From: Mobula hypostoma
Taxonomy: Eukaryota
Length of the DNA stretch: 64,000 nt
Direction: 5' to 3'
NCBI RefSeq assembly: GCF_963921235.1
Contig: NC_086108.1
Coordinates: 105,650,001-105,714,000, forward strand
The first letter of the stretch is position 1; every line of letters begins with the position of its first letter. Made by a program: the position numbers and the translations under genes. Shown piece by piece: positions 37,171 through 50,384 of this stretch. Below the pieces are notes generated by a model. That model saw only the letters and a program-made list of their open reading frames with translations. It was not told the DNA's origin and did no database searches.

Positions 37171-38264
37171 TTACTGTGTGTTACATGTGTGCTACGTGTA
37201 AACTCTGGCTGCTGAATCTACATCGGAGTCTGTCTTTCCTCTGCACTTGGGTTCCAACATTGCCAGTGCACATCGAGACACATATAGTGAAATGCATCAT
37301 TTGTGTTAACAATCAGCAAAGCCTAAGAGAGTCCTGCCAAAGTGTTTTGGCCCGAAACGACGACTATTCTCTCCTCCATGGATGCTGTCTGGTCTGCTGA
37401 GTTCCTCCAGCATTTTGTATGTGTTGCTCGGATCTCCAGCATCTGCGGATTGCCTCTTGTTTGTGATTGGAAGCCCAAGGGAGTGTTGGGGTCAGCCTGC
37501 AAGTGCCGATGCCAGCAGAGCATACCCACAATGCTCAGCAGAACAACACAAGCAGCCACAGCAAAACAAGGGAGATGAACATTCCTCCCACTATGTTCTC
37601 ATCCGCCTTCCCTCCCTCCCTCTGGTGATTCCATGCCCCACCTCCCTCTCCTTTCAGATGTTGGAAGAAGTCATTAGGTCGGGCAGCATCTGTGGAAGGA
37701 AATGGACAGTCGATGTTTCAGGTCGAGACCCTTCATTTAGAAGCTGAAAGAGTAGGGGGAGATTGCAAGTGTAAAGAGGTGAGGGGGAAGGCTGGAGCAA
37801 GAGTGGGCGGGTGATAGGTAGGAGGGAAAGTGGTTATTGAATTCTCCAACTTCTGGGAAGTTGCTCCCCATCTGACTCTTTTTCTCCCTCCTGTTGCATC
37901 CAGTTCTTGCTTCACTCACCCCAGCACTCTATTGCCCTATTTCTTTACCCTCCTTCATCCCCTCCATGTGCCTACCATACACATGCTACTCCCACTGGGT
38001 TCCCCCCTGCTACTTGTTCCCATTTCCACCTCCCTCATTTGGTTCCATGCTCTACCTTCCTCTCCTGTCGGATTGCATCACCTCACCCTATCTCCTTCCA
38101 GCCTCCCTCACTATATTCACTCTTCCCTCCTCCATCTGCCCATCACTCCTCCTCACCTAGATCTACCCGTCACCTGCCAGCTCCTGCTCCACCCCTTCTC
38201 TTCACCTTCTTACAGTTCTGCACACCGATGCTGCCTGACTGCTGAGTTCCTCCTGTATGTCAGA

Positions 38265-38815
38265 GCCATAGAAAAGTACAGCACACAAACAAACCATTCA
38301 GTCCATCTAGACCCATCCTACTTCTATCAACTGCACCAGGACCATAGCCCTCCGTACCACTATCATCCAGCTACGTATCGAAACTTTGTTTAAATGTTGA
38401 AATTGAGCTCGAGTGCACCACTTGTGTTGGCATTTCATTGCACACTCTCAAGAACCTCTGAGTGAAGAAGTTTCACCTCATGCTCCCCTTAAATTTTTCA
38501 CCTTTCACCCTTAACCCATGACCTCTGGTTATAGTCCCACCCAACCTCAGTGGGAAAAGCCTGCTTGCATTTACCCTATCTATACCCCTCATAATTTCGT
38601 ATACCTCAATCAAATCTCCTCTCAATCTTATATGTTCCAAGGAATAAAGTCCTAACCTATTCAAATTTTACTTATAACTCAGGCCCTCCAGAGCCAGCAA
38701 CATCCTTGCATGTTTTCTTTGTACTCTTTCAACCTTATTGACATCTTTCCTGTAGGTAAGTGACCAAATCTGCACACAATACTGCAAATTAGACCTCACC
38801 AATGCCTTATACATC
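38265..38815 (-). mobile_element. CR1 LINE 3' fragment
   Basis: ORF 38473-38664: RLGLYSLEHIRLRGDLIEVY. Confidence 0.85.
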
Positions 38816-39653
38816 TTGTGTGATGCTTCCTCAGTATTGCGCTGCAGAGCAGGCCTGAAGAAGATACATAATACGTTAGCACACGACGTTCCCTTTCATT
38901 GCCTGGCAACTGTGTCAAGCTAGTCTCGGTAACTCAATGATCCATGGAAACGTCAGGTTCCAGTGACCCACTTTAATGTTACTGTGGAGAAATGTGATTG
39001 TTCTATATTCACTTTCTTTAGTGAGTGGGAGAATATGTTCACAGTTTCAGTGTGTGATTGAAGGTAAAATTAACCACCGAGTTTTTTTTAAGCACTTCGT
39101 GCATTCATAGAAACCTTCACAGTTACAGAGCAGAAAGAAGGTCACGCCAATTACTCTGCTGAACGTTATGGACATGCTATGATGGCGCTAGAACACGAGG
39201 CAACACTTGCCCCCAGCACATCCTTAGGTTGTGTTGGTTTTTAATGCAAATGATCCGTTTCACTGTCTGTTTTGATGTACATGTAATAAATAAATGAACC
39301 TGAATCTGGAGTGCACGTTCTGTGCTTACCTATGTTTCAAAAGCAGCCTTCTTGACAAGAGATTCTGTGGATGCTGCAAATCCAATCAAACACACACAAA
39401 GTGCTGGAGCAACCCAGCAGGTCAGGCAGTGTCTACAGAAATGAATAAGCAGTCGACGTTTCGGGCTGAGACCCTTCCACAGGACTGAAAAGGAAGGAAA
39501 GTTGGAATCCAGAGCAACAAACAATTTGCTGGAAGAACTCACATAGAGCTTCTATGCTTCTATAACTCTATGAGATATAGAAGTGGAATTAGGCCACTCA
39601 GCCCATCGAGTCTACTTCACCATTCTATCATGGCTGACTTATTATCCCATTCC

Positions 39654-40167
39654 TGCCATAGAGGGAGTACAAAGAAGGTTCACCAGATTGATTCCTGGGA
39701 TGGCAGGACTTTCATATGATGAAAGACTGGATCGACTAGGCTTATACTCGTTGGAATTTAGAAGATTGAGGGGGGATCTTATTGAAACGTATAAAATCCT
39801 AAAGGGATTGGACAGGCTAAATGCAGGAAGATGGTTCCCGATGTTGGGGAAGTCCAGAATGAGGGGTCACAGTTTGAGGATAAAGGGGAAGCCTTTTAGG
39901 ACCGAGATTAGGAAAAACTTCTTCACACAGAGAGTGGTGAATCTGTGGAATTCTCTGCCACAGGAAACAGTTGAGGCCAGTTCATTGGCTATATTTAAGA
40001 GGGAGTTAGATATGGCCCTTGTGGCTAAAGGAATCGGGGGTATGGAGAGAAGGCAGGTACAGGGTTCTGAGTTGGATGATCAGCCATGATCATACTGAAT
40101 GGTGGTGCAGGCTCGAAGGGCCGAATGGCCTACTCCTGCACCTATTTTCTATGTTTCTATGTTTCTA
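39654..40167 (+). mobile_element. Young CR1 inserted antisense into an older CR1 tail
   Basis: AIEGVQRRFTRLIPGM...; the older minus-strand CR1 resumes at about 40168-40375. Confidence 0.92.
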
Positions 40168-40611
40168 TTCAACCCCATTCTCCTGTCTTCTCCCTGAAAC
40201 CTTTGATGCCATTACTAGTCAAGAACCTATCAACCTCCACTTTAAATATATCCAATGAGTTGACCTACATAGCTGTCTGTGGCAATTAATTCCTCAGATT
40301 CACCACCCTCTGGCCAAAGAAATTCTTCCTTAACATTATTCTAAATGGACATCCCTCTATTCTGAGGCTGTGCACTCACAGTAGAGGGAGTACTGTACAT
40401 GTATGTATGTATGTATCTACATTCGTACAATCCTGATAAAGGTTCTCAGCCCAGACTGTTAACTGTTTATTCTTCTCCATAGACGCAGTGTGACCTGTTG
40501 ATTTCCTCTGTAATTTTGTGCATGCTACTAGTGATTTCCAGCATCTGCAGTATCTCTTGGGTTTATTATTTGTTGACATGGTCCAGCAGGTTGAGCAACA
40601 GGCATGCATAA

Positions 40612-40925
40612 TAATAAAGGCATCTGTTCGACTTCTGAGACCATGGATCTGCGCCTGGAAAGTCTTCACTCTCCAGGGCGCAGGCCTGGGCAAGGTTGTA
40701 TGGAAGACCGGCAGTTGCCCATGCTGCGAGTCTCCCCTCTCCACGACACCGATGTTGTCCAAGGGAAGGGCATTAGGACCCATACAGTTTGGCACCAGTG
40801 TCGTCGCAGAGCACTGTGTGGTTAAGTGCCTTGCTCAAGGACACAACACACTGCCTTGGCTGGGGCTCGAACTCACGACCTTCAGGTCGTAAGTTGAATA
40901 CCTTAACCACTTGGCCACGTGCCCA
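40612..40925 (-). mobile_element. tRNA-derived SINE with CORE-like segment
   Basis: Minus strand reads GGGCACGTGGCCAAGTGGTTAAGG (A box)...GAGTTCGAGCC (B box), then GTGTCCTTGAGCAAGGCACTTAACC; (TTA)n tail. Partial copy at 46205-46336. Confidence 0.75.
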
Positions 40926-41394
40926 CATGCACGTAGCTCTGTAGTATAGTGGTTAGTGCAATACTTTACAACATCAATTGCAAGATCAGGGTTCAATTCC
41001 CATTGCTGTCTGTAAGGAGGTTGTACGTTCTCCCCCTGACCATGTGAGTTTCCTCTGGGTGCTCCTATTACTTGCCGCATTCCAAAGAAGTATGGTTCGG
41101 GCTAGTGAATTGTGGGCATGCTATGTTGTCTACCCAGCACAATTCTTGCTGATTTGATTTGATTTGATGCAAATGATGCATTTCACTATATCCTTCCGTA
41201 AGAACAGGTTTCAATGTACATGTGATAAATAAAGCTTGTCTTTAAGATCTTTCACCTTTAACCTTTCTCCCACAGATGCTGCTTGACCACTAAGTTTCTC
41301 TAGTAGATTATTGCTCCAATTACACTGATGTTACTCATGGATTCAATGAGCCACAAATCTACTGCTTCCATTTTGGATTGTCCCCACCTGAGCT

Positions 41395-44300
41395 GTAAAA
41401 CCACAAGACTTAGGAGCAGAATTAAGCCAGCTGGCCCATCAAGACTATACTGCCATTCTATTATGCTTATCTATTATCCCTGTCAACCCCATTCTCCTGC
41501 CTTGTCCATGAAACCTCTGACATCTTGATGGATCAAGAACCTACCAATCTTTGCTTTAAGTATTTTCAATGACGTCGCCTCCACAGCTACCTGTGGCAAT
41601 GAATTCTAGAGATTCACCACCCTCTGGCTAAAGAAATTCCTCCTCAACACTGTTCTAAATGGACATCTCTCTAACCTGAGGCTGTGCCCTCTGGTCCCAA
41701 ACTCACTCCTTATGGGAAACGTCCTCTCTATATCCACTGTATCCAGACCATTCAATAAGATTCCCCTTCATTCTTCTAAACTATAGCAAGTACAGGCCCA
41801 AGGCCATGAAATCATCCGCAAACATTAGCCTTTTCATTCCCTTAATCATTCTTGTGAACCTCTTCAGGACCTTCTCCAATACCAGTTTTCTTAACTAAAG
41901 AGCCCAAAACTACTCACAATGCTCCAAGTGTGGTCTGACCAATGCCTTATAAAACCGCAGCATTATGTCATTGCTGTTATATTCTAGTCCTCTCAAAATG
42001 AGTGCTAATATTCAGTCAACAAGTTAAGCTTTAGGGAATCCTGCACAAAGACTCCCAAGTTCCTTTGCAACTTCAATTATTAGAATTTTTAGAAAATTCT
42101 TTTTTGAGTTTTTAGAAAATCACTTTTATTTCCATTTGCCACCTCTTTGCCCATTCTCCTGATCTGCCTAAGTCCTTCTGCAGACTCCCAACTTCCTTAA
42201 CACTACCTGCTGCTCTATCATATCATCTGCAAACTTGGCCATGAAACCAACAATTCCTTCATCCAAATCATTGACATATAACGTAAAAAGGATCAGTCCC
42301 AACGCCAACCCCTACGGAAAACCACTAGTCAACCAAAAAAGGTCCCCTTTATTCTCACTTTTTGCCTCTGGCCAGTCAGACAATCTTCTATCCATGCTAG
42401 CATCTTTTTCATTATACTGTATGTTCTTATCTTGTTAAGCAGCCTCATGTGTGGCACCTTGTCAGAGGCCTTCTGAAAGTTGAAGTAAACAACATCCACT
42501 GACTGTCTTTTGTCTATCCTGCCTGCTATTTCCTCAAAGAATTTCAATAGATCTGTCAGGCAAGTTTTTCCATTAAGGAAACCATGTTGATTATGGCTTA
42601 TTTTATCATGTGCCTCCAACTACCCAGAAACCTCATCCTTAACAATGGACTCAAACCACTGAGGTCAGGCTAAATGGCCTATAATTTACTATATTCTGTC
42701 TCCCTCCCTTCTTAAAGAGCGGAGTGGCATTTGCAACTTTCCAGTCCTGTGGAACCATTCCAGAATCTAATGATAGTTGAAAGATCATTACTGTTGCCTC
42801 CACAATCTCTTCAGCCACTTATTTCATAACTGTTCGATAGCCAACTCTCACCTCTCCTTTACTCTTTATATTTGATAAAAACTTTTGGTATCCTCAGTTA
42901 TACTATTGGTTAGCTTCCCTTCATATTTCATCTTTTCTCTCTGTATGGCTTTTTAGTTGCCTTCTGTTTGTTTTTAAAAGCTTTCCAACCCTTAACTTCC
43001 ACTATTTTTTGCTATAATGTATTCTCTCTGTTTTGCTTTTATGTTGTCTTTGACTTCTCTTGTCAGCCACGGTTGCCTCATCCTCTCTTTAGAATACTTC
43101 TTCTTCTGGACATATCTATCCTGTGCCTTCTGAATTGTCCCCAGAAACTCCAGCCACTGCTGTTCTGCTGTCATACCTGCTCATGTCTCCTGCCAATCAT
43201 CTTTGGTCAGCTCCTCTCTCATGCCTCTGTAATTCTCTTTACTCCATTGTAATACTAATACATCTGACTTTAACTTCTTCCTTTCGAACTGCAGGGTGAA
43301 TTCTATCAAATCATGATCATTGCTTCCTGAACAGAATTGTCTTTCCCCTAGTGGGCTCAACCACAAGCTGCTCTTAAAAAGTCATCTCGTAGGCATTCTA
43401 CAAATTCCCTCTCTTGGGATCCAGTACCAACCTGAATTTTCCTATCTACCTGCATATTGAAATCCCTCATGACTATCATAACATTGTCCTTTTTACATGC
43501 TTTTTCTATCTCTAGTTGTAATTGGTTGACCATATCCCTACTGCTGTTTGGAGGCTTGTACTCTTACAGATTCTGAATTCTACCAACAAGGATTCTACAT
43601 CTTCTGATCCTATGTCACCTCTTTCTAAGGACTTGATTTAATATTTTACCAACAGAGCCACCCCACCCCCTCTGCCTACCTGCATCTCCTTTCAATACAA
43701 AGTACATTCTTAGATGTTATGCTCCCTACTCTGATCTTCTTTCAGCCACCACTCAGTGATGCCCACAAATCATATCTGCTCATCTCTAACTGCTCTACAA
43801 GATCATCTACCTTATTCTGCACACTGCATGCATTCAAATATAACACCTTCAGTCCTGTATTCATCACCTTTTTGATTTTGTCCCCATGTTACACTTCACC
43901 TCATCCCACTGGCTGCAATGTTGCCCTATGATCTGTCTGTCCTTCCTCACACTCTCAGTAGACACTGCCTTTGCTTGTATACCAACTGCCCCATCCTCAG
44001 CCCTATCATTCTAGTTCCCATTCCCCTGCCAAATTAGTTTAAACCCTCCCCAACAGTTCTGGCAAACATGCCCACCAGGATCTTTGGGTTCATGTGTAAC
44101 CCATCCTTTCTGTACAGGTCATACCTTCACCAGAAGAGATCCCAATGATCCAGAAAACTAAAACCTGTCCCCTCACTAATTGCACAAACTTGCATTCAAC
44201 TGCCGTATCATCCTATTGTTACTGTTAACAGCATGTGGCAAAGGAGTAAACCAAAGATTACTAACCTGCAGGTCCTGCTTTTCAGCTTTCTGCCTATATT

Positions 44301-44595
44301 CATTATTCAGAGCCTCCTCCCATTTCCTACCTATGTCGTTCATACCGATATGCACATACCACGGCTCTTGGCTGTTCATCCTCCCCCTTCAGAATGCTGT
44401 GGACCAGATTTGAGACATCCCTGACCTTGGCACCTGTGAGGCAAAATACCTTCTGGGTGTCTTTATCACATCCACAAATCTTCTGTATGCTCCCCTAACT
44501 ATGGAATCCCCTATCACAACTGCTCTTCTCTTCACTTCCCTACCGAGCCACACAACCAAAGTTAGTGCCAGAGACTGCGACTTCCCCCGGTAGAT
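41395..44595 (-). mobile_element. Near full-length decayed CR1 LINE (ORF1 esterase and ORF2)
   Basis: AVVIGDSIVRG and HIGMNDIG (SGNH motifs); NQHGFLNGKTCLT, FNFQKASDKV; 3' tail near 41400. Confidence 0.9.
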
Positions 44596-44599
44596 CATT

Positions 44600-45008
44600 A
44601 TGATGAATGAGAGAAGACACCGGAGAGAAGTGGTTGTAGGACTCGACCCGGAGCAGAGCTATGATCCGTCGAAGGCCAGGGAGATCGAAGGAGGATCGAC
44701 GAAGAGGAAACTGTGAGCTCTAACTTGTGCACGTTAGACTGTTTCATTAAAATAGGGTCTTTTCTTTTTTTTGCTTTTTCTTCACTAACCCTGTAGTCAA
44801 ATTAAGAATTATAAAGCTAAATTGTTTAATTGTATGTGACATTCCGCCTGTTATCTCGTGGTACTGATTAGTAACAGGGTAACGAATCATGCAGCATCCA
44901 CACAAACAGGGGGGTTTCGGGGTGGGCTCGCATCTTTTCTCACACGTTTGTCGGGGCCGGAGATTGTCCTCCCTGGACTTACAAAGCCAACAGAACCAGA
45001 GTGTTTCA
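44600..45008 (+). mobile_element. Partial LTR related to 49181-49759
   Basis: Shares GTGAGCTC, ACTAACCCT..AAGAATTATAAAGCT and GTAACAGGG..ATCATGCAGCATCCAC with that LTR; ends in ...TTTCA. Confidence 0.7.
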
Positions 45009-47203
45009 CTTACTAGATACTTACTTAGAACCTAGGCCTTTACTTGCCCAAGCCTGTTGAACCCATGCCTGACCACTCTAACACTGTCCACTCACACAAT
45101 GACTGCTCCAACAATGGTCAGTTAGCGTACACCGCCTTTCTTTTTATTGGTTTAAGTTAGACCCACCCCCAATGAGCTTCATTTCTGAATGATTGCACAA
45201 TTTGTTTTTTCTCTCTGTGCACACTGGGCGTTTGGATGGTGTTCTTTTGTTTATAAGAGGTTCTACTGTGGTACTTTCGTTTCATGGCTGCCTGTAAGGA
45301 GATAAATCTCAACGTTGTATAAAGTATGCATACTTTGATATAAACTATACTTTAAACTTTGAACCCTGCTCTTTTTTCACACATTTGATGCTCTGTATTG
45401 TGTGGTGTTTCTTTGTTTTGTGACTGCCTGCAAGGAGATGAATTTCTAGGTAAACATACTTCGATAACAAATCAAAGTATTTTGAACTTTGACAATGGCA
45501 CAATAAGATAGCGACAATTACCAATATCCTCTCCTGGTCCAGCCAGGTAGTTGCCATGGCCAAGAAAACAGAAGAAACAGCAGTACCTCCACTCCTTCAG
45601 GAGGCTGAGGATACCTGGCATGTTCCCACTGACCCTCAAAAACTTTTATAGGCGCACAATAGAAAGCTTCAGATCTGAATGCATCATGGTTTGATATGGC
45701 ATCACGAACAGCTCAGCCTCCATCTCTCTGTCTACACTTCTTGCTGCTTTGAAAAACAGCTAACACAATCAAACACCCCTCCCAACCTGGACGTTCTTCC
45801 TTCTCCTTGCTCCCATCAGGGAGAAGATACAAAAGCCTGAAAGCACATACCACCAGGCTCAAGGACATCTACCCATGGTTCTAGGGCTATGAATGGACCT
45901 CCAGTATGATAGGATGGACTCTTGACCTCACCATCTACCTCATCATTGCCCTTCACCTTGTTATTGCCTGCACTGGACTTTGTAAGTGTAATACTTCATT
46001 CAGCATTCGGTACTGATGTGGTGAGATGATGTGAAGGGTTGGCATGCAATTTGTATTTCAGTACATGTGATAATAATAGACTAATTACCAATTGCTGGTT
46101 TAAGATGATGCTATAGAAGGCAGGTGACAACTTACTGGTGGTTCATAAAGCAAGAAATACAACTAAGCACTTTATTAATAACACTTTTCTGTGGAACGTT
46201 CTGGTAATTAAGGCATTTGTTAGTTTTGCGAGACCATGGATCTGCGCCTGGAAACTCTTCACTCTCCAGGTTGCAGGCCTGGGCAAGGTTGTATGGAAGA
46301 CTAGCAGTTGCCCATGCTGCAAGTCTCCCCTCTCCACAAACCGAGAGAGAGGTCTGATCAGTCTAAGTGCTGGGCCGATTTGCAAAGGTTGGGTACGGGC
46401 TGGAACATGGGAGTGAGGTCCAGGCCCAGAGCATATTGAAGCATCAGGGCCCCGATCTTAGAGCAAGGGAAGACCCCATGCTTGGACAATATAAACGCCA
46501 GGCCAGATTGATTGAAAAGGCACAGTTTCAGGACCAGAGCTGACAGTCGGGCCAGTTCCATTCACAGCTGGAATATGTTTAATCCACTCTCTGCAACACT
46601 AAGGCTGAGCCCGTGGCCTGCTCTGTCTGTTCCGTATTTTGTGCCTGCAAGCTCCATGACAACTTGCCCTGCTGTGGGATGAATTGAGGCTGAGGCTATG
46701 GGCCTGCTCTGGGCTGCCCTGGGCTTCGAGTCTATGGACTCACTTTCATTCTGAATGCTGTTGCTTCCTTATATCGTTTGCACGATTTGCGTTTTCTTTG
46801 TCTCTCTGCCTATTGGGTGTTTGTTGGTCTTTATTTAATGGGTTCTTTTGGGGTTCTTGTTTTGTGGCTCTCTGTAAGGAGATGAACCTTAAGGTTGTAT
46901 AATTTATGCAAACATTGATAATAAATGTACTTTGAACTTATATACATGAATGTATCTGTAGGAGTTTAAAATATTCTGTTCAAAGCTCAGTGACTCATTT
47001 TATTCATGCTAACTACACTAACTAGAGTAAATTCTAAAACATGGTAAATGTTTCAGGAATCCACTCTGTTTCTGATGCTTGAGGGAAAACGATGTGGCAA
47101 ACACAGGAGATTCTGCGGATGCTGGAAATCCAGAGCAAAACTTTCAAAATGCTGGAGTAACTCAGCAGGTCAGGCAGCATCTATGGAAAAGAATACACAG
47201 TTA

Positions 47204-47890
47204 AAGTGGGCATGCAGGTACAGCAGGCGGTGAAAAAGGCGAATGGTATGCTGGCATTTATAGCGAGAGGATTCGAGTACAGGAGCAGGGAGGTACTACT
47301 GCAGTTGTACAAGGCCTTGGTGAGACCACACCTGGAGTATTGTGTACAGTTTTGGTCCCCTAATCTGAGGAAAGACATCTTTGCCATAGAGGGAGTACAA
47401 AGAAGGTTCACCAGATTGATTCCTGGGATGGCAGGACTTTCATATGAAGAAAGACTGGATGAACTGGGCTTGTACTCGTTGGAATTTAGAAGATTGAGGG
47501 GGGATCTGATTGAAACGTATAAGATCCTAAAGGGATTGGACAGGCTAGATGCAGGAAGATTGTTCCCGATGTTGGGGAAGTCCAGAACGAGGGGTCACAG
47601 TTTGAGGATAGAGGGGAAGCCTTTTAGGACCGAGATTAGGAAAAACTTCTTCACACAGAGAGTGGTGAATCTGTGGAATTCTCTGCCACAGGAAACAGTT
47701 GAGGCCAGTTCATTGGCTATATTTAAGAGGGAGTTAGATATGGCCCTTGTGGCTACGGGGGTCAGGGGGTATGGAGGGAAGGCTGGGGCGGGGTTCTGAG
47801 TTGGATGATCAGCCATGATCATAATAAATGGCGGTGCAGGCTCGAAGGGCCGAATGGCCTACTCCTGCACCTATTTTCTATGTTTCTATG
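47204..47890 (+). mobile_element. Young CR1 LINE, 5'-truncated, open ORF2 C-terminus
   Basis: ORF 47206-47799 (197 aa) is uninterrupted (LYKALVRPHLEYCVQFWSP...). It splits a Penelope hammerhead repeat. Confidence 0.95.
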
Positions 47891-49104
47891 TTAATGTTTC
47901 AGGCCAAGACCCTTCAGCAGGACTGGAAAGGAAGAGGGAAGATGACTGAATAAGAATGTGGGGGGAGAGGAAGGAGAAAAAGCTGTAAGGTGATAGGTGA
48001 AGCTAGGTGGATGGTGGGGTGGGGAATAAAGTAAGAAGCTGGATGGTGATAGGTGAAAAAGGCAAAAGGCTGGAAAAGAAAGAATGTGTTAGGAGAAGAA
48101 AGAGGACCATGGTAGACAGGGAAGAAGGAGGGGCACTAGGGGGAGGTGATATGCAGGTGAGGAGATGAACAGGAGCAGGTGAGAGGGCACGAGGGTGGAA
48201 GCTACTGGAAGATGGAGAAATCCATGTTCATACCATTAGCTTGGAATAGAACCTGAGGGTGGCCTCATATGGCGTCAAATGGTTTTCAGGTGAACGTGAG
48301 TGAGATCCAGAAGTTAAGGAACGTGTGTAGTTCAGTTGGGCTGAGTGGATTTGTTGGTGATTAATTTGCTGCTTTAAAATATAGGAAACTGATCATTGAC
48401 CCAAAAACATAAGTTCAAATACTTCCTGAAGCACAGCTAGCCTATATTGGGGTGCCAGGATAACATTGCAGTTAGCGTGATGCTATTACAGCTTGGGGCA
48501 TCGGAATTCAGAGATCAGTTTCAACACCACCTGTAAGGAGTTTGTATGTCTTTCCAGGTGCTCCGGTTTCCTTCCACATTCCAAAGGTGTAACAGTCAGT
48601 AAATTAATTGGTCATTGTAAATTGTCCCATGATTACGCTAGGGTTAATAGGTGAGTTGCCAGACATTGGGTTGGAAGGGCCTGCTTTGATTTGTATCTCT
48701 AAATAAATAAATAGATATATTCATGAGGAATTTAAATCCAGGTAATTAAATAGACCACTTTAAGGATTTAAAAGTCTCAGTAAAAGTAAAATGGAACTAT
48801 AAATCTTCATAAAACCACAGAAACAAGGAGCCAGGTTCAGTTCTGACCTCCGGTGCTTTCTGTGTGGGAAGTTTGCTCATTTTCCCTGTGATCATGTGGG
48901 TTTTGTCCAGATGCTCTGTTTTCCTCCCAATCCCACAGATGTTCAGGTTGGGCATTTGGACCAGGATGGACCTCAAGATCCTACTATACATCAAATCTGC
49001 TAAAGGTCTTATCATTAACAGATATGATATCAAGATAATATCATCTATTTATATTTAATTCTCCAAAATGCAAATCCTGAAACTTGCTTGGATTAAACTC
49101 CACA

Positions 49105-50237
49105 AATGCACTCAATTACCTGCTTGTTAATGCAAATATCTAATCGGCCAATCACCTGGCTGCATCTCAGTGCATAAAAATGTAAAGGTTTGGCTGCTAA
49201 TGTAATGGCCTCTCTGTGATGCCTCACTGCTAATGTAATGGTTTCTCTGTAGCAGCAATGTTTGGGTTATGGCTAGAGATAAAGGGGGCTTTGGAATGTG
49301 TGCCATCCAATGAGAGACATGTTGTTTCTTTCTTGTGTGTCCGAGAGAAGGGATTTGCAGTCTTTTGTTCGGCGGAAGATGAAGAGAGAAGATGCCAGTG
49401 CGAGGAAGTCGTAGACTACAGGACGGAGTGGACTTGGAATGGGGACGGGAGTCGACGCCCAGGGAGAAAATTGAGGGAGGATGAACCGATGGGAAAACGG
49501 TGAGCTCCAACATTGCAAAATAGACGTTTTCACGAGAATGGGCCCTTATTCAGTTTCTTTACTAACCCTATGGTCCAAGTAAGAATTATAAAGCTCAATC
49601 ATTTTATTGCATATTGTGTACTGTTTGTTATTTCATGGTGCTGATTTGTAACAGGGGAACACATCATGCAGCATCCACCCAAACAAGATTTCTCAAGTTT
49701 GGCCGGGCCGTAGCCTGTCTTTCCCTAGAGTAAACTGCTAGCTGAGCCTGAGGGTTACAAAAGCATGTAGACATGGTCAAGAGATTCAGTTGTTGTTCAG
49801 ACTAAACATCAGAATGGGGATAAAATGTGATCTAAATAAGTTTGACCGTTTAATGATTGTTGGTGCCAGAAGGGCTGTTTTGAGTATCTCAGAAACTGCT
49901 GGTCTCCAGGGATTTTCACACAAAACGGTCTCAAGAGTTTACAGAGAATAGTGTGAAAAACAAAAAAAAACTTCCAGTACACAGCAGTTCTGTGGGAGAA
50001 AATGCCTTGTTAGTGAGAGAGTTCAGAGGAGAAAGGCCAGACTGGTTCAAGCTGACAGGAAGGTGACAGTAACTCAAATAACCACACATAACAACAGTGG
50101 TGTGGAGAAGAACAGCTCTGAATACACAACACAATGAACCTTGAAGTGCATGGTCTACAGCAGCTGAAGACCTTATATATACACTCACTGTCAACTTTAT
50201 TATGGAGAGGAGATACCTAATAAAGTGGCTACTGAAT
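49105..50237 (+). mobile_element. Tc1 derivative split by a solo LTR
   Basis: Homologous to 10487-11040; ends in a short TIR-spacer-TIR unit at 50182-50237. Confidence 0.8.
49181..49759 (+). mobile_element. Solo LTR (Gypsy-like), 579 bp
   Basis: Termini TGTAA...TTACA with flanks AAAA/AAAG, consistent with a 4-bp TSD; Tc1 sequence resumes exactly after it. Confidence 0.85.
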
Positions 50238-50384
50238 GTTTGTGCAATGGATATTTCCCATGATATCTCTCAGGTTCATGGGCACTTTTGATAGTAATGA
50301 ATTACTTACCATCACAAAGTGCTTGAAACACACACAAAATGCTGGTGAACGCAGCAGGCCAGGCAGCATCTATAGGATGAGGTA

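Noticed and set aside
37830..38393. 187-aa Pro/Leu/His-rich ORF
   Set aside because: Read-through of the pyrimidine-rich Penelope UTR into a CR1 tail.
40845..40925. tRNA gene
   Set aside because: A/B boxes are present but there is no complete cloverleaf or terminator; it continues into a SINE body. The same applies to 4777, 5102 and 14693.
45548..45565. RFX X-box-like GTTGCCATGGCCAA
   Set aside because: It lies within a decayed Rex1 fragment; a single motif match has no supporting context.
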